Positions 61,668 through 64,000 of a DNA stretch of 64,000 bases are shown one piece after another. The position numbers and the translations under genes were made by a program. Each line of letters starts with the position of its first letter. Within the stretch, counting starts at the first letter, position 1. The stretch is from the NCBI RefSeq assembly GCF_009914755.1, contig NC_060934.1; one strand, written 5' to 3'. The DNA comes from the human T2T-CHM13v2.0 reference genome, Homo sapiens. The notes under the pieces were generated by a model. The model worked only from the letters and a program-made list of their open reading frames with translations, was not told the origin of the DNA and did no database searches.

Positions 61668-63271
61668 TGCTCCTCCTTTCTTTTTTATTAGTCTAGCTAG
61701 TGTTATTAGTCTATCTCTTACTATTTTTTGTGAGAAAAAAGAATAACAGCTCTAGATTTGTTGATGTTTTGAAGGGTTTTTCATGTCTCTATCTCCTTCA
61801 GTTCAGCTCTTATCTTGGTTATTTCTTGTCTTCTGCTAGCTTTGGCGTTTGCTTGCTTTTGGTTCTCTCGTTCTTTTAGTTGTGATATTAGGTTGCTAAT
61901 GAGATTTTTCCAGCTTTTTGATGTGGGCGTTTAGTGCCATAAATTTCCCTCTTAACACTGTCTTAGCTGTGTCCTAGAGATTCTGGTACATTGTATCATT
62001 GTTCTCATTAGTTTCAAAGAACTTCTTGATTTCTGCTTTAATTTTATTATTACCAAAAAGTCATTCAGGAGCAGGTTATTCAATTTTCATGTAATTATGT
62101 GGTTTTGAGATAATGTATTAGATTTGATTTCTAATTTGATTGCACTGTGGTCCAAGAGATTGTTTGTTACGGTTTCAGATATTTTGCATTTGCTGAGGAG
62201 TGCTTTACTACCAATTATGAGACTAATTTTAGAGTAAGTGCGTGTGCTGATAAGGAGATAGTATATTTTGGTTTTTTGGGTGGAGAGTTTATAGATGTCT
62301 ATCAGGTTCATTTGATCAAATGCTGCATTCAGCTACTCAATATCTTTGCTGGTTTTCTGTCTTGATGATCTGTCTAATATGGTAAATGGAATGTTAAAAT
62401 CTCCCACTATCATTGTGTGGGAGTGTAAGTCTTTTTGAAAATCTCTAAGAACTTGCTTCATGAATCTGGGTGCTCCTGTGTTGGGTGCATGTATATTTAG
62501 TATAGTTAGATCTTCATGTTGAATTGAACCCTTTACGATTATGTAATGCCCTTCTTTGTCTTTTCTTATCTTTGTTGGCTTAAAGTTTGTTTCATCTGAA
62601 ACTAGGATTGTAACCTCTGATTTTTACTGTCTTCCATTTGCTTGGTAAAGTTTTCTCTATTCCTTTATTTTAAGCCTATGTGTGTCATTGTATGAAAGAT
62701 ACCAATGGGTCTTGATCTTTATCCAGCTTGCCATTCTGTGCCTTTTAATTGGGGGCATTTAGCCCATTTACATTTAAGGTTAAGTATTGACATATGTGGA
62801 TTTTATCCTTTCTTAATTGTGTTACCTGATTATTTTGCAGACTAGTTTAAGTGGTTGCTTTGTAGTGTCATAGGTCTGTGTACTTCAGTGTGTTTTTTTC
62901 GTGCCTTGTAGCAGTCTTCTCTTTTCCTATTTAGTGCTTCCTTCAGGAGCGCTTATAAGGCACAGCTGGTGGTAATGAATTCCCTCAGCACTTCCTTATC
63001 TAAAAAGGATCTTATATCTTCTTTGCTTATGAAGCTTAGTTTGGGTGGATATTAAAGTCTGGGTTGGAATTTCTTTTCTTTAAAAATGTTGAATATTGGC
63101 CCCCAATCTCTTCTGGCTTGTAGAATTTCTGCTGGGAGTTTGCTGTTAGTTTGATGGGCTTCCTTTTCTAAGTGACCTGACCTGTCTTTCTAGCTGCCTT
63201 TAACGTTTTTTCTTCCATTTAGACCTTGGAGAATCGGATGATTATGTATTTTGGGGATGATCTTACATTGA

Positions 63272-63890
63272 AGTTTCTTATAAATTTACACATACATTAA
63301 CCATATGACCCAGTAATTCCACTTCTAGATAATTAAGCAAAATAAATAAAAATGTATATATACAATACTAGTTTTACAAGAAAGATCTCAGTGGACATAT
63401 TCATGGTAAATCTAAACTGAAAATCCAGATGGTCACTGACAGGATCAAGCACAAATTGTGGTATATTAATAGAATGAAAAAATATTCAACAATAAAAAAG
63501 AACAAACTACTGAGGCTTGAAGCATGGATTAATCTTCAAAACATCATACTGGGTAAATAATGCCAGACACAAAACAATGAAAATTAAATTATTCAGTTAT
63601 GGCAGCAGGCATTACTAATTTAACTTGATAAAAAATTAGAACAGTGGTTGCCTGGAACCAGGGTTCGTAGTGGAGATGGAGAAGAATAGGAAGGAAGCGT
63701 GGATTGACTGCAAAAGGGCACCAGGAAATTTTGTGGGGTAATGGAAGTATCCCACATGTTGACTCTGATAGTGGTTATATTAATATCTTATATATACATA
63801 TATATGTTAAAACTTGTTGAACATTTCAATTACAATCTGTGCATTTCACTTGTGTGAATAATATCTGAATTTTTTAAATTTGAAAAATTA
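63272..63890 (+). mobile_element. L1M(C/E) 3' end, continuation of 54750-57818
   Basis: AAATTGTGGTATATT..GAACAGTGGTTGCCTGG.. Confidence 0.75.
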
Positions 63891-64000
63891 AATAGGGGTT
63901 AAACATTTTAGAATATAATGTATATTCTCTTCACCTGTAATATATGTCTTTAAAATTTTCCAGGGATAAAACTCTGGACTAAACAGAAGACAATTAAGAA

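Larger units (their letters stand above)
57819..63271 (-). mobile_element. L1P (older L1PA/L1PB-like), 5'-truncated in ORF1, hosting THE1, MADE1 and a MYL6 retrocopy
   Basis: 3' end at 57819-57918, body at 59722-63271; TSD AGTTTCTTAT at 57809 and 63272. Confidence 0.88.

Overview
AT-rich, CpG-poor primate (human/hominoid-like) intronic or intergenic DNA, made mostly of transposable-element relics. I can support no intact cellular protein-coding gene; nearly all ORFs in the track are Alu/L1/LTR translation noise. Main contents: (i) 1-4629, a 5'-truncated betaretroviral HERV-K (HML) provirus on the minus strand (partial dUTPase, pro, pol, env). (ii) Dense old L1M/L1P fragments, about 12 Alus, MaLR/ERVL LTRs, DNA transposons, MIR and L2. 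(iii) 54.7-63.9 kb, a multi-level nest: an old L1M contains an L1P, which contains a THE1 (itself holding an Alu), a MADE1 and a MYL6 processed pseudogene. Second-look items: templated-insertion scars, two twin-primed L1s, an inverted-Alu nest, and a speculative chain of minus-strand exon-like segments in the unique gaps that could be a lncRNA or decayed gene. I found no convincing novel biological system. Repeat subfamily calls are by eye, and boundaries are approximate unless a TSD is quoted.
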